NCBI RefSeq assembly: GCF_036321535.1 | Contig: NC_087436.1 | Location: 8,618,001 to 8,682,000 of the forward strand | Direction: 5' to 3' | Source of the DNA: Camelus dromedarius | Lineage: Eukaryota | Length of the DNA stretch: 64,000 bases | Made by a program: the position numbers and the translations under genes | Shown here: positions 27,085 through 40,073 of the stretch, one piece after another | How the letters are laid out: every line of letters begins with the position of its first letter | Numbering within the stretch: position 1 is the first letter of the stretch | The notes under the pieces: model-generated | What the model was told of the DNA's origin: nothing | Database searches by the model: none | Seen by the model: only the letters and a program-made list of their open reading frames with translations

Positions 27085-28155
27085 AATTGTTGGCAATAAA
27101 TTTGATAGTCTGTATATCATAAACAAATCCAAGGAACTATAAATATCCAAACTGAATATAAAGAAGAAATTTGAATAGAAACCTTGGTACTAATTAAACT
27201 ACTTAAAAAAGTTTATTCCTAAGATGCTCTTAGGGTCTGAGGCCTCTATAAAGAGCATTTATTAACTTTCAGGAATTATATAATTTCAGTTGTATTCAAT
27301 ATTGTTAGAATGTAGATCAAGATGGAAACATTCCTATTCATTTTGTTAAGGCAGCAAAAAGGATGCCAATAATTGATATTAGTAGCAAAAGGAATTACAG
27401 GACACATTCACTAATAATGACAAATTATAAGTCAAATGGAAGCAAAATTCACCAGGGTATTTATTAGATGTTTGACCATAGACAGGCATCTTCTTGGAAT
27501 GAAAGAAGGATTTGGTAGAAATTAAGTTAAAAAGTCAATTCATCAAATCAATCAATCAATCAATCAATAGTATATTAGTATATCAAATGAGAATAATAAA
27601 ATAATTTAAACTTAAGAATGTAATCTGATAAAGTGCATTGCATACTACTAAGTGTAATATCCTCTTAGCAACCTAGCAAACCAAGAGTAGGGGCATATTT
27701 TATATTAATAAAAAATGAACAAACTGAGAATAATAAACTGAGAATCAAATAGTGGATTGGGATTGTCAACAGAAATTAACTTTGGTGAACTGAGCAATTC
27801 ATGTAACCCAGAAATAAATATAAATTACAGAAGTATTATAAGTTAGTAATTAAAATGTGAAAGTAAAAAGTCACAAAGATTAAATTAAAAGTACACATAA
27901 AATTAGCAAGTTAAGTGACAAGACACAAAATAAATACCCCCAAATCTATATTCTCATGCAAGAATTAGAAGATACAATAGAAGATTTCATTTACAATTGC
28001 CTCAAAGTGTAATGTATCAACAATTTACTAAAATATAAAAAGTATAGCAAATCAAGTGTAATAGTCACTAAAAATATGCTTTGATGGGACACTATATTAT
28101 TCCTAGATCAAAAGAATGAATGTTATAAAGATAACATTTATTCTGAAATTATTTA
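27085..28155 (+). mobile_element. Highly degraded ancient L1 ORF2 remnant
   Basis: A-rich, with collinear L1-like patches (cctattcattttgttaaggcagc; aattagcaag..agacacaaaataaata; catttacaattgcctcaaa). Confidence 0.6.
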
Positions 28156-28604
28156 ATTTAATAATTGCATGTATTGTTATTGTCTGTTTAGAACATATTC
28201 TATTATATTGTACAAAGTTAGAATGTGCATTAAATTTAAAAAATACTTTGAATCCAATTACACAGGTATAGCAGCTGAATGTATTTTCCTTATATGAATT
28301 TACATTATTTTTGATTTTTTATATAAATGCATACAAAATGGGAGTGTTTCTGATACAATATATGCATTTGCAACATATACAAATCATAATTTTAAATCCT
28401 GTTCATTTACCATTTATCATAACATACCTAGTCTTAATCATTGTACACTATTTCACTACATGGATTTCTAATTTTTAAAAATACAATTGTTCGTCTTTCA
28501 CCAACTGAAACCTAGTACCTACATCAAAGGATAGTATAATAGGAATTCTGTAAATATTGTTGACTGATCATTCATGTAGATGTATGCATAGATACAAATG
28601 TGTA

Positions 28605-28607
<3 letters not shown>

Positions 28608-28656
<49 letters not shown>
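28608..28656. repeat. (TG)24 microsatellite
   Basis: Pure TG run. Confidence 0.97.
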
Positions 28657-28657
<1 letters not shown>

Positions 28658-30919
28658 TGACCATCCTTCTATGGACTTATTCCCATTAGTACATGGTCTT
28701 GCAAAGGGCAGGGAAATATCTAAAGCCATTGAGACTTGTTGATAGATTGATTTCCAAAGGTAGTTGCCAACACCACCAGACAGTGTTCATACACTATAAG
28801 TTGTGTATATGTGTGTGAGCATGCCTGCGTGTGCAACCTTACCAAGTGTGAGTATATGTATATTATATACACACATGTTAGTTTGATTATAAATTATATT
28901 GAAGATGTTTGCAATATATAAATAAAACTTTCCTCTATTTATGTCCTTAATCCATTATTTCCATTAGGATGTTACTTTGATATTTGTCACATTTTTAAAA
29001 GCTGCTTATATATAGAAATGATTTTATTTTGTCACATTAATTTTTCCTTCACACAATATAAACAGCTACTTGTAATCAATGCAGGCTTGATGAGGTCACT
29101 CATTTGCTTAAAAACATAATGCGTGCGTGTGTGTGTGTATGTGTATGAGCTCAAAATCCTCAGATCCTTAGCACAGCACATAAAGGCTTCCAAGATACGC
29201 ACGTGTCATTTTAAACTCACGTTCCAAACATCAAGTCATTTTGAATCTCTTCATCTTTAGACATGTTACATCTACAGGAATCCTCTTACCAGAGCTCTTC
29301 ACTTAATTTGCCCTGATTTGTCCTTTAAGATCCAACTTAGTTTTTTTTTTTTTATCTATTATAGTCAGCCTGTCTGGAACAAGAGTTGGGGTCAATGACT
29401 CATTTTCACTACCTATGCAATCCTGTGAAACATCTGGGGCATTTCTTAATGGATCATAACATGATCAGTCCTGAGATCTTTTATTTATACTTAGACAATC
29501 CAAAGCTCAAAGTTACAGACCTCCAGTTTTCAATACATATTCATGACTTAGCTGAAATGTAAAATTCTTTCTGAAGATAACATATGCCTTATAATGAAAC
29601 TATGGTTCAATGGAACAGATAACTGAAACTTATCTGGAAACTAGCAACAGAAAGTTTTATTAATGCCTGAAACTTTTATTAATGCCCTTTCAATAAACAG
29701 CCTTATTTTATATTTAGGGACTTGCAATTATATTCCAAATGATGGATTTCATATATAATATGCTATCTCTTTGTGAAAATATATACGGGGGGGTGAATAT
29801 TATTACATAAGCAACGGCAATAAGACAGTATACATAGCAGCTTGCTAGAGTACTGAACAGTTATTTTCCATGGCTATTCGTGTAAACAGCTTGGCTTTTC
29901 CACTGAATAAGTTTTTTGCTGGTCCTTGTCTTCGAAAGTGCAAGGTTTGCAACAGCGCCAAACATTTTTTGATAAAGTGCATTTATGTTCACAGTAACAT
30001 TTTAGCTAGATATCTTATTGATGCTTTTTCCCTTTGGATTGAAGAAATTGAACTTCAGCAGGCAAATGAAAAAGGGCAATGTTTAAAATATAGATAAAAA
30101 TTTGATGTATCTGAGAAAACATGTGGTTAGTGTGATGGTAGTTGAAACTTCTTTGAATGTGCATACGGAGACATTTAAAACGTACTATTTCGGGGATGGA
30201 ATGCTCTATGTGATATGCCAGATAAGTTGCCTGCCATATGCCAAATTCAAAGCCACTTTTAAGGGAAACTGTCGCTCTTTCCGCACTGATTGAAGACGAT
30301 TCTCCTATGACTACACAGATCCCCAATCTAAAGTCTAGCATTGGCTGACCAGGCTGCAGTGCCAAGCTCACATTAAAGCATTCAACTCATAAACGAGACA
30401 TGGCTCCATGGTTTTCATGTCTATGAAGTGATGAAATGGGGTAATAAGTTTCTTTTGGAGGGGGAGGTAATTTGAACCAAGAAATAATGTTAGAAATTGG
30501 AGAGCACAGAGAACCAGAATTGTTAGGATGTAAAGCAAAAGGTACCAGGGCGTAGAGTGAGGGCTATGATAATCTGTGAGAACGCAGACCAGAACTCAAG
30601 AAGACGTGAAAGGAAGGAAGAGCTATGCAACCCACTGGAGAGACAAGAGACTAAGCCATTGTCTGACTACATCATGTCAGTCTCTGGGTTCAGAATACAG
30701 ATACATCTCTGGCTGTTTCACCTTGCCAGTGTAACATTCACATCAATTTTCGATAACCTCTTCTTAAACAAATAGAGAGTGTCTACTCCAGGCAACCAAA
30801 TGAGTCAGACTGAAACCATGATGCAAGAAGAATTTCCATGTCAAAGATTTGAGCCATCACACAAAAGAAATCAAAATGGTAACCACCTTTCCCTCCAGTG
30901 CCAAACTAAGTAAGCGTAC

Positions 30920-31392
30920 CATCTGCGGTAGTTATGACATGATGGATAAGAATGTGTCTCAAACTTAGTGGCCTAAAACAACAACAAAAAACCTTTACGT
31001 CTTGGTGGAAGTGTCTTCTCTGGGAGGGTTCTGGCTTGGAGTTTTTCATGAGGCTTTCCTGAGTCATCTGCAGGGTTGACTTGGATCCACTTCCATGCTG
31101 GCTCACTTCTCTGGCTGGCAACTTGAGTCAGCTGTTGGCAGGAGGTCATAGTTCTTGATTCATGGGACTCTCCCCAATGCTGCTCAAGTGTCCTCACATG
31201 CTGGGAGTTGGTCTTTCCCAGGACGAGTGACCCAAGAGGGTCAGGCAAAGCCTCAATGCCCTTCATGAACTGGCTTCATCTCCACCCTACTTTATGCATG
31301 ATGGGGACCTGACCAATTTCAACATGGGAGGAGATGACAAGGATGAATGTAACAGAAGAGGGGGGTCATGAGGACCAGGTGGGACACCACAC
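30920..31392 (-). mobile_element. MLT1-type (ERVL-MaLR) solo LTR
   Basis: aaacttagtggcctaaaacaac..ggatccacttccatgctggctcact..gctgctcaagtgtcctcacatg..gagtgacccaagag. Confidence 0.85.
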
Positions 31393-33883
31393 AACGTTAG
31401 TGTAAGCAACTGCTCACTAAGAACATTTTTCTAACTAACATCATCTTGGCCAGATTGCCAACACCTAAGCTTCTCTTAACATAGAAATTATAAGCCTACC
31501 ACTGTCAGGAAGTGACTTGACTTTGATAATTCTTTATGGATAAATGATTGGTTGTAGGTTTTCCATGATGAAGAATAGTGACATTATTAAACAACTATGG
31601 GTAATTAGCTACAGTTCATAAGAGAAAAACTCTGCCTTCTAATTCACTTAGACATCCTACTGTTTTAGGTAGGTGGCAAGCAAAGTGACTTCCTCTTTTG
31701 CTCTATCTTCCATTTCTAGAGAAGATACCACAGGGTTAATTAGAGAATTTAAAAAATAAAACGATTATGACATATTCTAAGTTGAACATGGCGCATAATG
31801 TTATGTATACAAGGAGAACTCAGGATCATCATACCTTATAGAAAATAAATTAGTAGAAATGTTGAATCCCTCCCAAATTGCATTAAAGTATATTCTAACC
31901 TATCATTATGACTACCAAAGGGTTTTCTTTATTATCATTTGAGAGAACAAAATAATTAGAGGAATAGAAAATTACTGGGGTATTAATTAGCATATGTGCA
32001 AAGAAAAAATTAAAGATGGTAGATGCTGTTGCACTGAACCTTAATTTTTATGAAAGAGTATTATTTTTGGCAATTTTTATTACTTCTCTCATGCTCTGAA
32101 CTCCTCATTTTTAATATTCAATATACATATTCAATACATTTATACTACATATAATGTTAACATAGGTATCTGATTATATTTAATTATGATATAAAATAAA
32201 GTATATCCATTCTTTGAAGGGAATTAATGACTTAAAAAGTTATCATTCAGATAAATGAAGATTTTGAGACAAATATTTTGTGAGGGAAATTAAAAATTAC
32301 AATTACAAATTGCTAATGCATTAAATATCATGACATGTAAGGCATTTTGGATAAATATATAGCTTATACTTCAGTTACATTTGTATATCTTTAAAGACAT
32401 TATAAAACAGATTAGTAGCAGGGCAATAAAAGGTAACAGATACCTAACCAGGATGATCACAGAAGTAGTTCGTAAACTTAGCACCTGAAATTTCTAGTAG
32501 TTACCAGATAAAAATTATACGTATATATATATTTGGGGGTGACTTCACACTGTCTGAGAAAGTGTTCATATAGAAAATGACATAATGTCTCAAGAAACAA
32601 GCTGGTGATAGGTTAACAAAGGTTAATTTCTTCTTAGAACAGATTTCTAAAGAAATTGCATGAACTACAACAGAAAATCAGACAGTCTGAGGATTTTATG
32701 AGCATTCAATGAGCTAAAAATGTTAAATTGTTTAGAACAGTGCCTGGTGCGCACTCACACACACACACGTGTGTGTATACACACAACACAGGTTTATATA
32801 CATATGCACACATATTTTTTTGAAAACAAAATTATACGTTTGCTAAACGTACAAAGAAACACACCTTCAAAGATAAGGACTATGTTATGACTCAAAAACG
32901 AAGCAACTTACAGCAATAATATGATTTTTATGCCTTGTTTTTTAATGAAGAGAAACACTATAATGTTTGAGGGGGAAGTGTTGAGGAACAGGTATTTAAC
33001 ATGCCCCTTCAGACACTCTTTGCCAAATGTTAAAAGCTTAGCAGGCCCATGGCAAGTTCTGCAGTAAATTCGATTTGTCTTTTATAATTGGTTAGTGTTT
33101 ACATTGTGTTGATGAAAGTGAATTCCATATTGCTTTTAATTTGCTTTTAGACACAATCAATAAACTCCGGGCTGGGCGCTGTTAAATAACAAAGTAAAAC
33201 CTGACATTCTCGATCTGTTAAATCCTCATTCTATAGCAAGAAGTTAACATGTAATTCCATCAAAAAGATGACTAACCCTAGAACTGAAATGTTCTTCCCC
33301 AAAGTACTTTAAATATGTCTTAGTTCTCATGCAGTTTTTATGATGGAGAACCCAGATGTGTGTTCTGCAATAAGAATTTTGATATAAATATATTAACAGG
33401 AGAATTATAAACCAACAAGAACTTTTATAAAAGAATTTCAGTCAGCTTAATCATGGAAAAACTTGTGATCTTAAATTACAAAATGTCCTGATGGTCCCAA
33501 GATGAGTGTACTATACACCGAGCGTCCAATTTCTTCATTGAGACATTTATTAAATAGGACTATTTTGCACTGGCCAATTCAATGTTACCCTGAAGTCTCC
33601 CTTACTATTTTTTTTCCTGGGATATGTTTCCTTCTTTCTGACTTGATTCTGAAAGTAGTATTTACCCAAGAAAACATTAGTCTCTTTGTTTTGCTCACAT
33701 TAGTGGAGAGGGAATGGCAGGTCTTGCCTAAAATGACATTGTAACCTCTAGACAATTTCATGATATTGTCAATTACTAGTTTATGTTTTCCTAAATTTCT
33801 CAATGGATGCACTCCTAGTTATTAGAATTTACCTACCTGTTTTAAAAATATTTAGATGAACCAAGTGAAACTCATGTCCTTTT

Positions 33884-34825
33884 AATTTGCAAATGATATG
33901 ATCGATAAGGGATTTAAATCCAAAACATATTAACAGCTTATACAACTGAACATCAAAAAAAAAAAAAAACCCAATTAAAAAATGGGCAGAAGAACTGAAT
34001 AGACATTTTTCCAAAGAGGAAATGCAGATGGCCAACAGGCAAATGAAAAGATTCTCAACATCACTAATCATCAGGGAAATGCAAATCAGAACCACAAGGA
34101 GATATCATCTCACACCTGTCAGAGAGGCTGTCATCAAAAAGAACCCAAATAACAAATGTTGGAGAGGATATGGAGAAAGGGTGCCCTTGTACACTGTTGG
34201 TGGGGATGTAAAAATAGAACTGCCATATGACTTAGTGATTCCACTCCTGGGTATGTATCTGAAAAACATAGATACATGCACTCCAACGTTCATAGTAGCA
34301 TTATTTACAATTGCCAAGATATGGAAGAAACCTAAGTGTCTGCCAACAGATGAATGGATAAAGATGTGGTTATATATATATGTGTGTGTATACACACACA
34401 CACACACACACACACAAAACATGGAATACTACTTGGCCTTAAAAAAGAATGAAATAATGTCATTTACAGCAACATGGATGGACTTGGAGATCACTATGCT
34501 AAGTGAGATAAGTCAGTCAGAGAAAGACAAATTCTATATGGTATTACTTACATGTGGAATATAAAAAAATACAATAAACTAATGAATATAATAAAAAAAA
34601 AGCATCTTTACAGATACAGAGAACAATTTAGTGCTTACCAGTGGGGAGCAGGGGAAGGGCAATGTAAGGGTGGGGGAGTGGCAGGTACAAACTACTGGGT
34701 GAAATATAGGCTCAAGGATGTGTTGTACAACACAGGGAATACAGCCAATATTTTGTAATAACTGTAAATGGAAAGTAACCTTTAAAATTGTATAAAAATT
34801 TTAAGAAGTAAAAAGTTAAAAAAAG
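33884..34825 (+). mobile_element. 5'-truncated L1 (ORF2 end and 3' UTR) with internal deletions
   Basis: ORF 34022-34564 is L1 ORF2-like ([33 protein letters not shown]). Contains an internal CA microsatellite and an A-rich tail. Confidence 0.93.
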
Positions 34826-35910
34826 ATTCAGTAGTACATTTAAAGAGAGATGACACTGTAATGAAACCAGAAAAGTGTCTCAATCCATCCTCAATTTTTA
34901 TTTTTTCCTATGCTTCTTACATTGTTCCACTGAAACTCCTGGCCACAATGCTACCTGATTTTAAATCTCTATTCTTCCAGGAGCCTAAAGCCTTCTTGGT
35001 GGTGGACACATGGCCATCACTGCTTTTAAATGCCTAAAGATGAAATTGATAAGCACCATTCTTCCTTATCGTGTTAGAAGGGCAAATCAAAGCGGCAAGA
35101 AGTGGCGCCAATGTCTAAAACCAGGTAAAGAAACCACCACTACGCGTTAAGAGAAGGAAACTGAAGTTACTGCCCTGGATGATTTTAATGCTTTCGATTT
35201 TCCTTACTTGAAACATCATTGCTACTCCCGGGAGTTAGATCACTACTACATATTGTTACAGTGGAGAAACATGCACTGGAAAATCACAAAAGGAATAAAC
35301 TGCTCTGTTCTCCCCTGGGTCTATCTTACCTCTCTCCCCTTCTCTCCTGTCCATCCCACCCCCCCTCTCCAAATAAAAACCCACTACAGATGCTGTATTA
35401 ATGAGCTAGAACAATGCCAGCTACCCTTCTCCCTGCCATTGCCAGCGCTGAGAAAAGGGCAGATCAAACAGCAGTCAGACAGCAGTGATACTCTGGCGGC
35501 GGCAGTGATTGGCACAGAGAACCAGAGAAGGGGGTCAGAGATGCTCAGAGAGAAGTGTCAGGGAGAGAAGAAATCCAGGCCAAGTAGCAGCAGTGGAGCC
35601 GTGCGTGCCACGGGGAGAGTGAACACTGGCACTGAAACCTGAGAGCATTGTCATTTGAAGCCTTCTGGTATCACAGGGTCGCTACACGTGTGACCTTTAA
35701 TTACTGCTCAGGCTTAGAAGTCAGATGCACCCAGGCATGACTTTGATAATGAATTTGAGAATGTGACATAAAAACGGTTTCCTCCTCATTAATGCATGCA
35801 CATTTATATATATTTAATAAAAATTATATGTATGTACACACACACACACACACAAACACACTAACATTCTCTATGAAACCTACCTTCTCCACACTCTATA
35901 AGAAGGAACT

Positions 35911-36000
35911 GGGGCGGGTATAGCTCAATGGTAGAGTGCCTGCTCACCATGTCTGAGGTCCTGGGTTCAATCCCCAGTACCTCCACCCACACAGAAAAAT
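35911..36000 (+). mobile_element. Vic-1-type SINE, short tail
   Basis: ggggcgggtatagctcaatggtagagtg..ctgggttcaatccccagtacctcc, flanked by gaaggaac. Confidence 0.9.
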
Positions 36001-38249
36001 GAAGGAACAGCAAAGGAAAATGATCAAATTTGAATAAAGTAGAAATTTTTCAGTTTCTGAGGGCATTTTTTCCAACTGAGTATAAAACATTTCATGTGAC
36101 TTTGAGATTCAGAAAGGGGATTTAGCTTCACAGAAGTAACAGAATATGTGACACAAGAGTAAATAAATCGTCAGTTGGCATACATACTAATGAAGGTATA
36201 AGTAATTCCTAAATCAGTCTGAACCTCAATAGCTTGCTACTAAATATAAATTAAAAAATATTTAATTTGTAACTCTTTCTTGAATGGCCCCATACTTTTA
36301 GACAGTTTTTCATTTATATCATTTTTATCCATCGTCCAATACATTTAAGAAAAATGTAGAGCCGATAATCAGTGACCCAGAATAATATCGGTGAACAGAA
36401 CACACTGATTGAGCCCTTATTATGTGCAAGACACTGTATCAAGTATTTTAGAGTATTGGATCCATTAAAACGTCATTTCTGTAATCTCTAATTGAATTAA
36501 TTTCTATAGTAATTGTAAAAAGCAAAACAAGTCAGCATGTGTTACAAATACAAGAGGCTGATCAAATAGTCTGGAGTAAAAGAATAATGTTCTGAAAACA
36601 CATTAATGAGCAGAGCACCCACTTCTTTGAGTCTCAAACAAAACGTTTTCCTGTTAGTCTCCATAGCCAGAATTGTGTACCTGTCAACACTGTACCGATT
36701 TGTGTGAAGTGAAGGTTGCTCTCAGGGCCACAGAAGCATGGAGCTGACAGTGGATTATCTTCTATCTATTAGCATAACGGAATCTTTTCAGTGTTAGTTT
36801 TGCTCTAATTTAATGGTTATAACTTAATAGGCATAAGCTGCCCAGGGCATAATTTTAATCCTTGGCTATTTAAAGATGATTATTTATTATAAAGAACAGT
36901 ACTTTCCAAACCTACTGGTTTTCTTCTTGGAGGTTCAGAGACGCTGATAAACCAAGTAACACTATCTTTTGGGAAATGCCATTATGCCAAAGACTCTTCA
37001 AAAGATGAGTAAAGGAAGATGACTCAGCCTTACGTCGAACGCTCACGTTCGCTGTGCTCCAGAAGCATGCTGTCACGAATTTCCACAATACCTCCTCCTT
37101 CTTGAGATTAAACAGTCAACAGACAAGACTGTTGATCTTATACACTAGATTGGGGATTTGAATCTGGTTAATCCTACCCAGGCGATTAAAAAAAATTACT
37201 CAAATGTCTACTATATGTTAACAACGCTCTAGAGTAAACACTAAATAGTGAATATGTAGAAAAGAATTTTTCCCTCTGCAGAAATATAGTATATCAAAAA
37301 CTCTTAATCTGATTTTTTTCCATTCATGCAGTTCAAGGCTTCCCTTAATCTGGTTCTACCCAATAATTCGCTCTCTCCAGGTGCTGCAAATTCCTAGCAA
37401 ATCTTTATATGATTACATTATACAAAGTTAATAAAACCCACTGTGGACTTCATGCCTATTTTCTGAGTTGACATACTTTTAAGTCTCCAGCTGTAGAAGT
37501 ATTACTACAGTCACCAACGATTAGCTCAAATGTCATCACCTCGATAATGACTACGCAGTTCAGCTCAGCTGGAATTTGATGCTTCTGTGGCTGCAGTCCT
37601 ACCCCACTTGGCTTGTGTGTCTATTACAGCAATTATGTTACCCTACGAGGGATCACCGCTGTCCTTTACTTCTAACTGCACTAAACTATAGCCTTTCTGA
37701 AAGTACAGCACAGTCTTATTGAGTGCTGGCCATATGCTAGCAGCCTGTTTGTTTGTGTGTTTGTTCTTTTCTCAGTAAATATTTGTGAAAACACAAATGA
37801 ACAAACCTATTGCTCCCTGCAGATTTTTTTGTTCGCCTCACAATGAAAAGTCTTATGAGCTTTATACATTTTGTAAATGTCCCTCTTCCAATAGACCATT
37901 AAGAACCGAATCAGTTTGGAGTAATAACAAAATAGTATTCATGCACTTGGGAAGGTAACTTAGCTTTGCACACATTTAAATTACATAAATCAAATTACAC
38001 CTATTGTAAGATGTATTTAAATTAAATTAAGTTAGTTGAGTTGCCATGGAAATATGGAAGTAATTAAGAGGCAAATTAAAAGGAAACAGTAAATTATAGC
38101 AAAATATTAACTACATGGCAGGTTCTTCTTCTTAAATAACTCCTGAATGTATAGTAATTCAGTGTTTCTCTAATACGTGTGATCGCTGGCTCCCAAGGCA
38201 TCTGTGAAATCAGCTCTAGCAGGTAACACCAAAGTGCTTCCCAAAGGGA

Positions 38250-38470
38250 GGTAAAACCAACACTACCACCAGCAATGGATAAGGGGTCCTACTTTTCCAA
38301 AATTCATCAAGTCTTGGTAGCTTTTTAACTCTTGGTGTTTTAGGGGATGTAGAATGGCATTTCTTTGTGATTATAAAGTGTGTTTCTTTAAAAACTAATG
38401 AGGATTAACATCATTTCAGAATATATACTGGCCCTTCAGCTTTCCTCGTCTCTGAAAAGTCTTTAAAAAT
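38250..38470 (-). mobile_element. Old L1 ORF2 fragment
   Basis: caccagcaatggataaggggtcctact..tgtagaatggcatttctttgtg..ctaatgagg resembles the L1 reverse complement. Confidence 0.55.
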
Positions 38471-38609
38471 GACATCTTCTTTGGCTTGTTTCACCTACAT
38501 CTGTCTATACATCTACCAATCTACCTATCCATCTATGACACTAAGTTATTTTTTATGTTCACAGTATCTTAATGACAAATTCTTTTGATTAGAATTTCTT
38601 AATTTTGGT

Positions 38610-38730
38610 GGGGGGACAGTATAGCTCAAGTGGTAGAGTGTAGCGTGCATGAAGCCCTGGGTTCAACCCCCAGTACCTCCTCCAAAAATAAATAAGTAAA
38701 CCAAATATCTCTCCCCTAAAAAAAAAAAAA
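38610..38730 (+). mobile_element. Vic-1-type SINE with poly(A) and 16-bp TSD
   Basis: gtatagctcaagtggtagag..ctgggttcaacccccagtacctcc; TSD agaatttcttaatttt / agaacttcttaatttt. Confidence 0.92.
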
Positions 38731-39677
38731 GGAGAACTTCTTAATTTTAGTCTAATCATACTGATTTTCTGACATTTATCCTGCCTTTGAAATATATACC
38801 TGAAATTATATTCTGATATTAATATAATCATAATTAATACAATATTAGATTGATATATCTATATATGTATAATATATAGTTTTTGCTTGAATATCACTGC
38901 AATAATTACATTAGAAAATAACGCATCTTTTTTCTTTACTCTATAGCATAATCTCAGTCTTCTGAACCCAAACTATATCTAGAAACACATTTTGACTTTC
39001 TATTAGGACATGTTTCAGACAAAAGCAGAACTATTTTGTTCACTAATAATTAATTTTCTATTGAAATTTTACTATTGCCCGAATGTTTCCTAAAGTTTTA
39101 TTATTATTGAGACCAGAATCTAGTATAAAGATATGCATTAGAAAGGCAGCAGGTCAATGTAGGGGAAATATATTCAAATGGGCCCACAATTTTACTTCTG
39201 AGATAGAAAAGTGACTTCTAGGAAATGTCATGTTTAATACCATTTCATATGTAAGATAATGTTTCACAGGTAACACAAATACGGAAATGCACACAGAGTT
39301 GGAAAATAAAGCAAAGAAGGAGGCAGAACAATATTCAAACTGTCTGACTCACTCTTTCTGGCATATTCGTATAACAAGCAGCTCTTATCAGAATCCAGAA
39401 TCTGGGCAAATTGAGGATAAGAGGACACACAGATGTATAAAAACGGGGTCCCTTGCTCACAACTGATAAAAAGTGTGCAGCACCAACTAGATTTCACAAA
39501 ATGTAAAAAAGTCACTTCCCTCCAGCCCCTCGCCCCAGAGCCTGGGCTTCTGAAGGGCGCGTTTGTTTTACTAACTCTTCGCGCATCAACACCGTTCTCT
39601 GACGGAATTCGTATAGCAGAGAACTCTGAGAAAATCATGGACTGATGACAAGTCTCACTTCTTTGGGAACTTAAGTA

Positions 39678-40073
39678 CAGGTTTCCCCACTATCTGAAAA
39701 TAGAGTGTTTCTATGAAACCTTTCCCAAGCTGAAGTAGCACTGAGAGAAGCAATTGCCTTAAGACACATCTTGCTAAGGGATGCACAAAACAAATGGAGG
39801 TAAATCACAGATGCTCACAGACAGTTCCCAGCTATGGCGGCTTGGTGCTGAGATGCTGAGGTACTAAGTGTGATTCCCGGGGACGGAGCTTGGTGGTCCC
39901 ACTCTTGCAGCCTCTGTAAAGGCTGCTGCAAGACAGGTTGAATGTGATTTGCACTTTTCACCTTTCTTCATAAGAATGAAAAATCCTCTTAGGATTGCTT
40001 GCCATGAGTGAAATAGGTCTTTCGTAAAAGCAAAGTGGCATAAATTGAATTTACAAAAAGCAGGGGATACCTG
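39678..40073. mobile_element. TcMar-Tigger-type non-autonomous element with TIRs
   Basis: Left TA|CAGGTTTCCCCACT; right end reverse complement CAGGTATCCCCTGCT. Confidence 0.8.

Noticed and set aside
29651..29690. 19-bp tandem duplication (aaagttttattaatgcc / aaacttttattaatgcc)
   Set aside because: Ordinary replication slippage.
34022..34564. 180-aa ORF, and similar ORFs at 25069, 24833, 46301, 46677, 53565, as host genes
   Set aside because: Truncated or frameshifted L1 ORF2 C-terminal remnants.
35050..35700. GC-richer segment with a 144-aa ORF and a short imperfect duplication (aagggcaaatcaaagcggc / aagggcagatcaaacagc)
   Set aside because: No recognisable protein and a non-ATG start. Possibly an old LTR remnant that I cannot classify.
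37036..37051. CGAACG-ctca-CGTTCG hairpin
   Set aside because: A single short stem is expected by chance in 64 kb.
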